DNA of 63,892 bases, filler included, from Octopus bimaculoides (GCF_001194135.2; 8 parts of 7 records of this genome joined end to end with filler, not necessarily neighbours in it), one strand, 5' to 3'. Counted from the whole stretch's first letter, positions 41,349-53,559 are shown. Notes: a model not told the origin generated them from the letters alone. Numbers and translations are program-made.

Positions 41349-42154
41349 TTCAGTAGCTTTATTTTTATAACGTGCTTTCACTTCACTACCGAGCGCAGCT
41401 CTGTGCGCCTTGGGTATGTGCTGTGGTTTGCTGTGGTGCTCTTATGTTTACTGTATTGAAAGTGTTTTGCGTAGAATGTGTGCAGTACCCAGTAGTGCAA
41501 TTTTCTGTATGTTATATATATTTGTAAGTCCTGGTGTTTTTGTTATGTATTTGTCTGAATATTTTTTTATTATACCTAAGGCACCTACTATGATAGGAAT
41601 TGTTTCTGTTTTTAGATTCCACATNNNNNNNNNNNNNNNNNNNNNNNNNNNNNNNNNNNNNNNNNNNNNNNNNNNNNNNNNNNNNNNNNNNNNNNNNNNN
41701 NNNNNNNNNNNNNNNNNNNNNNNNNNNNNNNNNNNNNNNNNNNNNNNNNNNNNNNNNNNNNNNNNNNNNNNNNNNNNNNNNNNNNNNNNNNNNNNNNNNN
41801 NNNNNNNNNNNNNNNNNNNNNNNNNNNNNNNNNNNNNNNNNNNNNNNNNNNNNNNNNNNNNNNNNNNNNNNNNNNNNNNNNNNNNNNNNNNNNNNNNNNN
41901 NNNNNNNNNNNNNNNNNNNNNNNNNNNNNNNNNNNNNNNNNNNNNNNNNNNNNNNNNNNNNNNNNNNNNNNNNNNNNNNNNNNNNNNNNNNNNNNNNNCC
42001 AGTGTATATTGGTCCCAGCTCTGTCGTGTCTGTGAATATATTCCTTCTTAGCCAGGACTGGGCAGCCAGAGATAATATGATTTATTGTTTCTTGTCGATC
42101 TCCACATATTCTACAGTTACTTGTTATATTTCTTTTCATTATGTGTTTTTGGTA
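41349..42154 (-). mobile_element. R4/Dong-like RLE LINE family 1, 5'-truncated
   Basis: YQKHIMKRNITSNCRICGDRQETINHIISGCPVLAKKEYIHRHD (CCHC finger), then after the gap WNLKTETIPIIVGALGIIKK..LGTAHILRKTLSIQ*. (AAT)n/(GAT)n lies at the 3' end and (AAT)n at the 5' end. Confidence 0.9.
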
Positions 42155-42203
42155 TATTATTATTATTATTATTATTTTTTTTATTTTTTTTTATTATTAT
42201 TAT

Positions 42204-42392
42204 GGCGGTGGGCTGACAGAATCGTTAGCACGCCAGGCGAAATGCCTAGCTGTATTTCGTCCGTCTTCACGTTCTGAGTTCAAATTCCGCCGAAGTCGAC
42301 TTTGCTTTTCATCTTTTCGGGGTTAATAGATTAAGTACCAGTGAATCGACTATCCCCTCCCCCAACGTGGCTGCACTTGTGGCAAAATTTGA
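42204..42392 (+). mobile_element. SINE family A
   Basis: Consensus match. Confidence 0.85.
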
Positions 42393-42430
42393 AGCTATTC
42401 TTATTATTATTATCATTATTATTATTATTA

Positions 42431-42467
<37 letters not shown>

Positions 42468-43382
42468 TAAAGTGGGTTAGTAGGAAGATCATACGTCATA
42501 ATGTTACTTATTTGTGCCTACATCACATTACAATTTATAAACAATTATTCACTATCAGATTTTTTTAATAGAATCAAGATGAACATGAACAAACTTACGC
42601 TCAAGAAAACATGCAACATAATTAACTCTAAATTAGAATTAAGCAAATGAAATTTGCAGACTTTAAGCCGATTCGATGCTTTATGTTGTTCTTTGATATG
42701 TTTCTACGGTAATCAAAAATAAGTAATATGTAACGTTACACTTTGACCTGTGAATATCTTAAAGTGCCAGTAGTCCTGATACCCTAATTGGAAGAACTCG
42801 AGTACTAATAATTAGGAAGGCGTAGGCGTCTAAAGCAGTCCTTTGGGGTATGTTATTGAGTCAAAATGAGGCTGGAATTGGTAATAACAAGAGACCAAAG
42901 GTGAGAAAGATCCAAGACATCACTAATGAATAAACTAATTAAGAAGAAATGTCACTCTTGAAAAGTTATCCAGTGTTATTATTTGAAATTGTCTAATGAG
43001 GTAATTATTTTCAAATCAAAAGATATAAGCTCTTCAACTCTACGACTGAAGTACTGTAATCTTAACAGTTGAGAGTTGAATTTACTTCGCTGAAGAGGTT
43101 TATTAAGACCGGAATATAGGTTAACTTGTCACTGTTGCTGCAAAATATGAGATTCATATCTTATTGTATATCTCCATTAAAATTTTGGCCTTTTGAAATC
43201 TTGTGAGTTGTCTCCCTTCTCGGAATAACTTCCATTAACGCTAAGGAATGTTTTCCCATAGGTTCATAATTTCAGTTGCTTAAATCTTATTTAAAAACTA
43301 TAGAAATGTGCACACAACTATATGTTCTCTATACAGAAGGAACTTTTGGTTCATTTAGCTGCAACTAGTAACAGTCTAAAAC

Positions 43383-43415
<33 letters not shown>

Positions 43416-43419
43416 AGCT

Positions 43420-43760
43420 GCTGAGACCCCCTTCAGTCATGACTGACCATGGGATTGCTCCTAGAAAATTGTCCTCTCAGACACAAGTCCGGGCAAGTTT
43501 GTTTATGAAAGACCAGCAGTCACCCATGCATAACGGGCTCCCCTCTCCACGCCACCGGTGTTATCCAAGGGAAAGGCAAAGGGGCCGATACAGCTTGGCA
43601 CACGTGACGTCGCAACTCATTTCTACAGCTGAGTGAACTGGAGCAACGTGAAGCAAAGTGTCTTGCTCAAGAACACAACGCGCAGCTGGGTCCGGGATTC
43701 GAACTCACAACCTCACGATCGTATGATCGACGCTCTAACCACAGAGCCATGCGCCTTCAC
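43420..43760 (-). mobile_element. SINE family B (body B2, tail ii)
   Basis: tRNA head gtgaaggcgcatggctctgtggttagagcg..gagttcgaatccc and the B2 core, followed by a tail unlike the other copies, ending in (TG)n. Confidence 0.8.
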
Positions 43761-44444
43761 TACACATCCTAATTGGAAGATCTCAAGTACTAATAATTAG
43801 GAAGCCGTATGCACATCCAAATTAACATAGATGGGTTGATGTCAACTCCGTAGGCTACGGTTATCGTCTTGAGAAATTATCTTGTATAGACATTGGGTAC
43901 TAAAAAGTTTTAGAAGAATATTTTGGCAGCACCGTCACACCAATATAAATTTGCATATCAAAATAGCACATCTAAGTCAAGTTGGGTGTGCAAATATATA
44001 TTTGTTGCAAAGGCTACTTTCGTCGCTAGCACTTAATTTATTATACACAACCCACCAGCTTTCTGGGACGTCAGTAACAGTATGGTTTGTTTAAACTATA
44101 TCGGTTTGACGGATTTTCGATCTGGCATTTGGTAGTCGAATACCTGTTGCTGATGATGTGCAGTTTATGCTGAAATCATATGACACAACATTCCAATCAG
44201 CCGGTACTGACGAAATTGTTGTCTGCCGATATATTCTGTGCTTTTTTTAGCACCTAACGTTCATAGGATTTCACAGGACGAATTTCGTTGTCTAAGGCTT
44301 CAAAAACACCGCCTCCAGTTAAGTTGGATGAGCCAATTAATGTTCGCTACAAAAGCTGCTTCCGTTGCTAATAGCTTTTACACACACATACACACACACA
44401 CACACATATACACACACATACACACAAATACATACATATATATG

Positions 44445-44491
<47 letters not shown>

Positions 44492-45479
44492 GTGTGTGTG
44501 TGTATGAAAGCGTGTGCATTTATGTGTGTATATATGTGTGTATATATATGTGTGTGTGTATGTGTGTGTGTGTGTGCGTGTGTGTATGTATGCACACATA
44601 TATACACACACTTACATATGGATACGTATGTGTAATCACACACAAACGAGCACATCATGGTTGAGTAATTTTAACAAGTAATAACACATTTAATCACGTG
44701 TTATTGCTAAATATTTTATGCAGGGACCATGAAAAGTGGTTGGATTCCTGTTAGAGTGTTAATTGTTCTTGTTCATTTCAAAACAGTGTTTACAAATCTG
44801 TAATGTTTAATATTTTTGCAGGTTTATGTGTTGGTATGTAATGTATGCGTGTGAGGATGTTTGTGTGTGTATATATATGTGTGTACTTGCGTGTTTCTAT
44901 TAATATTCGCTGTACGTACTCAGTCATGTGTATCTTTGCTGATATATAAAAAAAATAAGGCATTTGCATAATTTCATTTGATCAAAAAGCGTATATGAAT
45001 GGTCTGTTACGAATATTGATGTTTTACCCGAAAATCTGGTTCTTGTTTAAAAACCAGTAAGGTGAGCTAAGACGATGGACAAAATATAATTGTTTTAGTA
45101 AAAAAAAAAAAAAACTATTAAATGTCGGCAGCCGATTTGAAATTATAACTCTTTTATGACTATTTAAATGCTATATCCACTTTAGTTTCTATATTAATTC
45201 CACCCTTCTAGCCAGCGAGGGGCCCTCTTGTTGGTAATCGATTTGCTAGCAACAACGGCCAAATCCTTTTACCCCTCTGAAATAAAGGACACATTAATTC
45301 ATGTAGTTCATAAAACATTATGTGAGAAAAGAATAGGATGGTACCGACTGAAATACCTTTCATTATATGCTTGCCTGATCAGCGTCTGTCTGAAGCTACC
45401 TTCACAATAATAACATATCTGAACATATCAATGGTCATACAAAGCTGTAGTGGTTCCACTAGCTGTTTGTTTTATTCTT

Positions 45480-45990
45480 TTCTGCTCTAGGGACAAGGTC
45501 CGCAAATTTTGAACAAGGAGACCGTCGATTAGATGGACCCCAGAACGCAACTGGTACTTAATTTATCGACCCCAAGAGGATGAAAGGCAAATTCAACATC
45601 TGTTTCTTTTATTATTATTATTCTTTTCTACTCTAGGCACAAGGCCCGAAATTTTGGTGGACGGGGCCAGTCGATTAGATGGACCCCAGTACGCAACTTG
45701 TACTTAATTTATTTTGCCCGGTGGGCTAACGTTTCTGCCAGCTCGCCGCCTTAACTGTTTGTTTTGTTGTTATTATTGCGTGCTGGCAGAATCGTTAGCA
45801 CGCCGGGCGAAATGCCTAGCGGTATTTGGTCCGTCTTCACGTTCTGAGTTCAAATTCCGCCGAAGTCGACTTTGCCTTTTATACTTTCGGGGTAGATAAA
45901 TTAAGTACTAGTGAAACACTGGAGTCAATATAATCGACTTGTCCCTCTCCCTCAAAATTTCAGGCCTTGTGTCTTTAGTAGAAAGGATTA
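45480..45990. mobile_element. Cluster of three family A SINEs (two minus, one plus)
   Basis: 45480-45600 (-), 45625-45752 (-, internally deleted), 45778-45990 (+). Confidence 0.85.
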
Positions 45991-46385
45991 TTATTACATG
46001 CAGTCAAAAGGTGGGTGGGGGACGAGGATTGACGACTAAGGACAGTAATTGCAGTATTTCATAGATTGTTGAGAAAGACATGATTTATGTTTAAACTGAT
46101 GAGCGTAAGAGACAGGGGATTACAGAAAACAGTAATTCTGGAGGGGAAAGCTGAGCAAAATACTTGGTGTAGGGCAAACAATTAATCGATGAGCGTTAGA
46201 GTGGTTTGAGGAACTGTGGTACATAGTTTGTCAGTTCGAAAAGACAATGTAATACGAGAAATTATGCATCTCTGGGTCAGTGGATATAGCGTATGTGAGC
46301 CAGTATGTGAACCAGGGTCCTCAATTACATAAGTTAGTAGCTTAAGTATCTATAAGTATATATAAGGACAGTTTTAGTATCCGAA

Positions 46386-46640
46386 GGAGGTGCAATGGCC
46401 CAGTGGTCAGGGCAGCGGACTCGCGGTCATAGGATCGCGGTTTCGATTCGCAGACCGGGCGTTGTGAGCGTTTATTGAGCGAAAACACCTAAAGCTCCAC
46501 GAGGCTCCGGCAAGGGATGGTGGCGAACCCTACTGTACTCTTTCACCACAACTTTCTCTCACTCTTACTTCCTGTTTCTGTTGTGCCTGTTAATTCAAAG
46601 GGTCAGCCTTGTCACACTCTGTGTCACGCTGAATCTCCCC
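46386..46640 (+). mobile_element. SINE family B (body B1, tail i)
   Basis: A-box tggcccagtgg (46396-46406) and B-box-like gtttcgattcg. Cut by a linker gap. Confidence 0.9.
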
Positions 46641-46684
46641 NNNNNNNNNNNNNNNNNNNNNNNNNNNNNNNNNNNNNNNNNNNN

Positions 46685-46696
46685 TTAATTAATTAA
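46685..46696. other. Artificial scaffold linker
   Basis: 44N-TTAATTAATTAA-44N. Confidence 0.95.
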
Positions 46697-47009
46697 NNNN
46701 NNNNNNNNNNNNNNNNNNNNNNNNNNNNNNNNNNNNNNNNATTTTTAATAGAAGAATGAGAACATTACTTCATTACAAAAAAACCGTAATCCTCACACGA
46801 AACGTAATTTTACAAACAAAAGAATATCCCAAGAATACGGCAGAGACGTGGCTGAAATCTATCTCTGTGTACACAACCGGAATATCCTATTTGATACTTA
46901 TCGACCATTGACCGGAACCACAGGTTTATCCAACCCTATCTGGTGCGTATCTTTTCAAGTACCCAATTCTATCTGAAGAAGAATTACTGAGAAGTTTGGA
47001 TATTGCAGA

Positions 47010-48493
47010 CCAGAAGATGGAAAAAATGAAGGTGGAAAAAAAATGAATTTTTCAGCGGCAGCTGGTGAAACAAGAGATCTGTTTTAAGAAGGTGGAATTG
47101 AACAAGTATAGGAAAATCCTACGAAGGGAGGGGCACGAAGTAAAAGTGACCCCTCCTTGTGAAGTTACAAAGGACACCCAAAAAAGACAATAATATATAG
47201 AACGTATATGCAAATAGAATGGAGATAGCGACAAAACTACTAGTAGAGAAAGCTTTGATATCCATCTGGCAGGATGTCATCTACCTTGTCAGAGGGAGGA
47301 AATATGCAACTGTGGAGGTGCGATTTGCATCCGAGGAGAAGGTCAGGCAACATTCGGTAGCCTCCCTGAAAACGGACTTCTGCCTACTTACCTTGAAGGC
47401 GTGCTTCCAGGGTACGGGTGGAAGAGATTTTCCTGTCGCTTAGCTGGTAGCTGCAATACTGCTGGATGTAGAAGAGAAGATAGAGGTCCTCCAAGTAACG
47501 AGAATGCCACCGAAGAATTGGCAAAGGCAGATCCTGGAGATAATCATCCAGGCTGCATCGGAGGACCTTGAGAGAATGGTCGACACCATAACTGTGGGCG
47601 AGGAGGTGGTATTAAGAGTTATAGTGGAGGGCAGGAAACCCCGATGTTATGTATGTAGCCAGAAGGGCCACATACGAGCGGAGTGTTCTCCGCCGACCAC
47701 AAAGACACTAGCAGTACTACAGGCCCGAAGGAAAATCGCACCTTCACTTCACTTCCTGAAAGTGGTACAGGAGGGAATGTGGAGGAACCTGGCAGGGAGG
47801 ATGGCAAGAAGGAGGAAGAGAAAACAGAAGAATGGAAGACGGTAAACTGGAAAGAGAAAAAAGAGAACTCAGGGTATTGACGTTAACCCCCATCCTACAC
47901 CACCCCACTCTGCCCCACCCTTCCCCTGCAGACACTTAACCTCACCCTACCCACCAGACACTGATACTATAGCTACAAACACACAGGAGTCCCAAATTTT
48001 CCAACTCCCACCCTGTGAAAAAAGTTGCATTGTTTTCTGCAATGAGTCGTTCGATGAGTTGTGCGAGAATATAAACAATCCGGACGAGGTGATAAAAGTC
48101 GATATTGAAGGGTGTGAGGGAGTGCCCTCACGTGTTAAATGTGTATTAATGGACAGAAAGAATTCGCAAAGATTAAGTGAGGATTACGGAACAAATGTTG
48201 TTATCTCAGAAATGTAAATTGATACTAGAGGAATGCAGTCAACGGTAAACTATCATGAACTTTTAAAAGAATTTTTGATATGGATATATTAAGTGATTTT
48301 AAGAGATTAACTGTTTTTAAAATGTCTCAATGAGGTCACTTCGATTGTTGGGTCCGAGTGGCCTCCATTTCATTTCATTCATTCATTTTTATACCATCCT
48401 TCTCATTCGTTTTTATTTTTTCTCCACTTTTATGTTTTTTTCCATCTTTGTACTGTCCCTCTATGTTTAGCTCCTTGTGGGCAATAAAGAAAT
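47010..48493 (+). mobile_element. Tx1/L1-type ORF1 (gag-like) element, copy A, with no ORF2 before its 3' tail
   Basis: Frameshifted ORF1: RRM-like KYATVEVRFASEE.., VIVEGRKPR-CYVCSQKGHIRAEC (CX2CX4HX4C, 47645-47686), K/E-rich and P/T-rich stretches and a C-terminal frame ending TAA near 48217. About 280 bp of UTR follows, ending gggcaataaagaaat. The 5' boundary is approximate. Confidence 0.75.
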
Positions 48494-49700
48494 CGTTGTC
48501 ACAATCAACTGTGACCGAGTTAGTTGTGTATGTTGTTTGTGCGTAGTTCGAAAGGTTTGGCGTAAGTCTTGTGGATAATTTGTTGAATTTATACTGCTAG
48601 ATTGTTACCTTGTTGAACTTTTTGTTTAGTGTTTTTTGTGTAAAACACATTATTTGTCTGCTTGAGATAGTCGTTTGTTAACGTTTCCCCCCTTGTGTGA
48701 AGGAGGAAAATATTGTTATATTTTGTGGGGAAAAAACACACAAAACATGGATAAATCGCCAATTAAATTGTCAAAAAATGGTAACGAACCTAGTACAAGC
48801 TCTTGGAAGAATGCTGAAAGCACAGAAAACAACACAGCATTGATAAACATGCCGGATGGAGAATATTCTATGCGGGAAAAAAAGGAGGCAATTTTGCGGC
48901 AGTAGCCACTATTTCAAAACAGTTAAATTAACTGCAGAAGTGACGAGTTAGGAAAGTATAAAGGAATGATGAAAAGGGAGGGGAGCGAAACTGTGAAAAA
49001 GCAGCGATTCCCCGACCTGTCAAAAAGCAAAAGGAAAAAGAAAAAAAACAGATGAAGAACCAAGTGAGGAAATATCTGAAAATGAAACAGAGGAAGAGGA
49101 AATTGAAGGAGCCAAAGGTGAGGGGTGGAAGATATTCTCCAGAAAAAAAGGAAACGACTCTCCCCATCCAACCCCACTAGCCCCACAACAAAACATAAAA
49201 ATCAACATCCAACAGAACATAACCACTAAAAATTTCCAACCCAAAATGTTCCCCTCCCATCCTCACAAGCCCCGGATGAAAAACCAAAGGAATGAGATGG
49301 TAGTACTACCCCGTCTCCAACCTTGAGTACAACGTTATGAATATACCTTATGTTGGATGTTTAAATGTAGGCGGCTTGAGGGAAGAATGGAAAGGTCGTT
49401 TCCTGAATGACCATAGGTCGCATATAGTGGTTGTTACAGAGTCCAGACTGAATAGTCGGCGGGGTTCACCCCCCCCCCCCCCCCCCGCCTCCTAAATGGC
49501 TACGAGAAAATTATTTCTTCATGCCTACCTGGAGGAGGGAGAAGTGTCGCTGTGCTGCTCAGAAAAAAACCTGGATTTAGAGACAATAACTATCTTTATC
49601 GACCCAGAAGATAGGTTATTCGTCCTTGACGTGACACTAAGCAGCGATAAGGTCTTCAGCTGTCCACGCTCCCTCGGGAACTGGACAGTCTGATTTTCTC
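48494..49700 (+). mobile_element. Tx1/L1-type element, copy C: 5' UTR, deleted ORF1, start of the ORF2 endonuclease
   Basis: ORF1 N-terminus EKKEAILRQ..ELGKYKGMMKREG resembles EKK.IFQRQ..ELNKYRKILRREG of copy A. From ~49337 it reads NIPYVGCLNVGGL..IVVVTESRL, and later GEVSL..IDPEDRLFVLDV (APE motifs). Confidence 0.65.
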
Positions 49701-49829
49701 GTGGCCTGCAGAAGTTTCTTAGGACGTCTCACATCATAGTAATGTTAACGATGCACGCGTAGATTACGTTGGCTCGTCTACTGATAGAGGGAAACCCGTA
49801 CTTCAATAATCTGCTTTGTCGATTTCAGC

Positions 49830-51080
49830 TGGCCGATAGATACAGACTAGATTCCCAGACGCTCCATTGTGGACATGAACTAATAGCGATGGGTCATCTA
49901 CATCTTATTTAGACAGGATTCTAACTAGAGAGAAAAAGTTCGCAACGGTAGAGGCGCGGTTTGCGTCCGAGGCTGTAGCTAGGCAGCATGCTGTTACTCT
50001 CCTCAAGACGGAAGAGGTGATCCTTCTACCCATTTACCTGGGATGATGTGCTTCTCGGGTAAGGGTAGATGAGATCCCTCCTTAGGTAGATGTTGCCTGG
50101 CTGGTAGCCACTATCCTTCTAGGTATGGGGGAACAGATTGAGGTCCTCCAGGCAAAAAGAGTACCGACAAGAAATCGGCATGGGCATTGCCTGAAAATGG
50201 TGATCCAGGCCGCCCAGGAATACCTAGAAAGGTTGGTGGAGATCATCACGGTCGACGGGGATATCAAGTTGAGAGTCAATGTGGAGGGCAAGGCGCCCAG
50301 GTGTTTTAAATGTGGAGGAAAAGGTCACATTAAGGCAGAATGCCCTCCACCCAGCGCAAAGACACCAAAGGCACCCAAAGGAAAAATCGCACCTCCGGGG
50401 AAGTCGTATACAAGCGAGAGGGAGCCTAAGTAAGAACAAGAATGGACAACACAAACTAAAAAAAAANNNNNNNNNNNNNNNNNNNNNNNNNNNNNNNNNN
50501 NNNNNNNNNNNNNNNNNNNNNNNNNNNNNNNNNNNNNNNNNNNNNNNNNNNNNNNNNNNNNNNNNNNNNNNNNNNNNNNNNNNNNNNNNNNNNNNNNNNN
50601 NNNNNNNNNNNNNNNNNNNNNNNNNNNNNNNNNNNNNNNNNNNNNNNNNNNNNNNNNNNNNNNNNNNNNNNNNNNNNNNNNNNNNNNNNNNNNNNNNNNN
50701 NNNNNNNNNNNNNNNNNNNNNNNNNNNNNNNNNNNNNNNNNNNNNNNNNNNNNNNNNNNNNNNNNNNNNNNNNNNNNNNNNNNNNNNNNNNNNNNNNNNN
50801 NNNNNNNNNNNNNNNNNNNNNNNNNNNNNNNNNNNNNNNNNNNNNNNNNNNNNNNNNNNNNNNNNNNNNNNNNNNNNNNNNNNNNNNNNNNNNNNNNNNN
50901 NNNNNNNNNNNNNNNNNNNNNNNNNNNNNNNNNNNNNNNNNNNNNNNNNNNNNNNNNNNNNNNNNNNNNNNNNNNNNNNNNNNNNNNNNNNNNNNNNNNN
51001 NNNNNNNNNNNNNNNNNNNNNNNNNNNNNNNNNNNNNNNNNNNNNNNNNNNNNNNNNNNNNNNNNNNNCAATAAAGAAAT
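49830..51080 (+). mobile_element. Tx1/L1-type ORF1 element, copy B
   Basis: KFATVEARFASEAVARQH..IEVLQAKRVP..VNVEGKAPR-CFKCGGKGHIKAEC (50302-50343). After a ~600-N gap comes the same tail caataaagaaat as in copy A. Confidence 0.75.
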
Positions 51081-51100
51081 CGTTGTTACAATCATCCGAA

Positions 51101-52249
51101 ATGGAACTGTCAAAACGCGATATTCGAGCAATTTTGCTATTAAACTTTAAAAAAGGACGTAAGCAGCTGAAATAGCTCGTGATATCAACGAAACATTTGG
51201 CGAAGAAATTACCAGTGAGTGGTCAGCTCGAAAATGGTTTAAACGATTTCGCAGTGGAGACCTGAGCCTTGAAGATCATGAACGTAGTGGACGCTCATCT
51301 GTCTTTGATGACCATCACTGAGAAAGATCCACGTAAAACCACTCGAGAACTGGCAAAGAACGTCAAGTTAGCCAGAAAACTGCCTACAACCANNNNNNNN
51401 NNNNNNNNNNNNNNNNNNNNNNNNNNNNNNNNNNNNNNNNNNNNNNNNNNNNNNNNNNNNNNNNNNNNNNNNNNNNNNNNNNNNNCTCGACAAATGGGTA
51501 CCACACGATTTGAATGAAAATCAGAAAATGCGCAGATATGAAATTTGCTCGTCGCTTCTTCTCCGTAATCAGACCGATCCATTTCTCGACCGTATTGTAA
51601 TTTGCGGTGAAAAGTGGATTCTGTACAATAATAAAAAAACGTTCATCGTAGTGGTTGGACCAAAATGAAACACCGAAAACCTTCCCTAAACCCGAGCTCT
51701 TCAAGAAGAAGGTTATGGTGACTGTTTGGTGGTGTACTGCTGGACTCATCCACAATAACTTCTTAAAACCTGGAAAAATCATTACAGCAGAAACATATTG
51801 ACATGAAATTGCCAAAATGAACGAAAAACTGCAATTCTACTATCCCAGACTGGTCAACAGAAGAGGGCCAATCATTCTTCATGACAATGCTTGACCACAC
51901 GTTTCACTAATGACGCTCCAGAAGTTGAGAGAATTTGGCTACGAAGTTCTTCCCCACCCAGTTGATTCCCCGGACCTTTCTCCTATCGACTACCACTTTT
52001 TTAAGCACCTTGAGGGTTCCCTGCGAGAGAAGGAGTTAAAAAATCAAACCGATGTTGAAAGCGCGTTCAGAGTTCATCAGCTCCAGAACTCCAGATTTTT
52101 ATGTTAGCGGAATAAACAAACTTGAAACTTGTTGGAAAAAATGTGTTCATTGTAATGGTATTTTGATGAATAAAATTTCCTCATTGTTGAAATATATTGT
52201 GATGAATTTCATGTTTCACAACGTTGCTTACTTTTTACTAAGCCTGATA
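51101..52249 (+). mobile_element. Mariner (Hsmar1/SETMAR-like) element, near full-length transposase pseudogene with 3' TIR
   Basis: MELSKRDIRAILLLNFKKG..WFKRFRSGDLSLED; WVPHDL; ICGEKWILY (first Asp mutated); HDNA*PH; SPDLSPIDYHFFKHL; CWKKCV. The 3' end ..cttactttttactaagcctga is followed by TA. Several frameshifts. Confidence 0.95.
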
Positions 52250-52497
52250 TATACCCTAAATGAGGGAGTGGAACGGGTAAAATCCAGAATACATATGTTT
52301 CCCAACTAGCAAATCCTCTGATGTCATAATTACTCAACGAAGGGTACTCAGCTGAAGATACCTTAATCATGTGAAGGCTACATTGTCGTTTGAGAATCCC
52401 AAGTTAACAAACCATAGTTAACAAACGGTGCACTTTTTTGTTTTCTGTACCTACTTGAAGTTTACTAACTTCATACAATCGGATCCTTGGATATTAC

Positions 52498-52582
<85 letters not shown>

Positions 52583-52584
<2 letters not shown>

Positions 52585-52875
52585 AATGCGCTTGGTTAGG
52601 ATATTCGACTTACCATCGTAAGGTCGTGAGTTCGATTCCTGGCGGTGCGTTGTATACTTAAGCAAAACACTTTATTTCACGTCGCTCCAGTCCACTCAGC
52701 TGAAAAAATGAGGAGTACCTGTATTTCAAAAGGTCATTCTGTGTCACGCTGAATCTCCCTGAGAACTGTGTTAAGGCTTCGTACGTCTGTGGAGTGCTCA
52801 ACCACTTGCACCTTAATTTCCTGAGCAGGCTGCTTCGTTGATCGAATCAACCGGAACGCTCGTCGTCGTGACTGC
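52583..52875 (+). mobile_element. SINE family B (body B2, tail i)
   Basis: Homologous to 33776-34070 and 36718-37036. Confidence 0.85.
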
Positions 52876-52924
52876 CATTAATTTGTGCGCATGCGCGCGC
52901 GTGTGTGTGTGAAGTCACGCTGCC

Positions 52925-53090
52925 AGAGTGTTGCACTCGCGATCCTAAGATCCTTGTTTCGTTTCTCCAGTTCACTCAGCTGTAAATGAGCAGCCTCTGA
53001 CACGAACTGGCGTCCCATTCGGGGAAAACGCTGTGATCTTCACCATTTATACACCATGGGTAACCGGCCCTATCAGCTCTAGAACTCAGT
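52925..53090 (+). mobile_element. SINE family B fragment (body B2, tail iii-like)
   Basis: ctccagttcactcagctgtaaatgag core followed by ctggcgtccc..aaccggccctat, resembling the tail of 22900-23186. Confidence 0.5.
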
Positions 53091-53307
53091 GATGTCCATA
53101 TCCAGCTCATGTTTATATTTGCTAAACAGTTCGATAAATAAGTCCTACTAATATTCCCGTGTATCCAACAATAATATATTCTCTTCATTTGTTCCAACAG
53201 TTTTCTACCGACGCATTAATTTTGAGCGACTGAAGATCGCGTGATTAATATTTTCAACAAAATGGATAAATAACATTTTTCGGTTAGAAATTTCTATGCA
53301 TATACGT

Positions 53308-53424
<117 letters not shown>

Positions 53425-53459
53425 CGTGAATAATAATAATTGTAGGCTTTAAGCTTATA

Positions 53460-53497
<38 letters not shown>

Positions 53498-53559
53498 TAT
53501 TTGCAGAATTGTCACTCTTCACCGCTTCTCCGTGTGTGGAAAGGTGCAAACATGTATTA

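Noticed and set aside
46386-46460. tRNA-like A/B boxes here and in the other SINE heads
   Set aside because: Each continues into a shared SINE body and lacks a complete cloverleaf or acceptor stem, so these are not tRNA genes.
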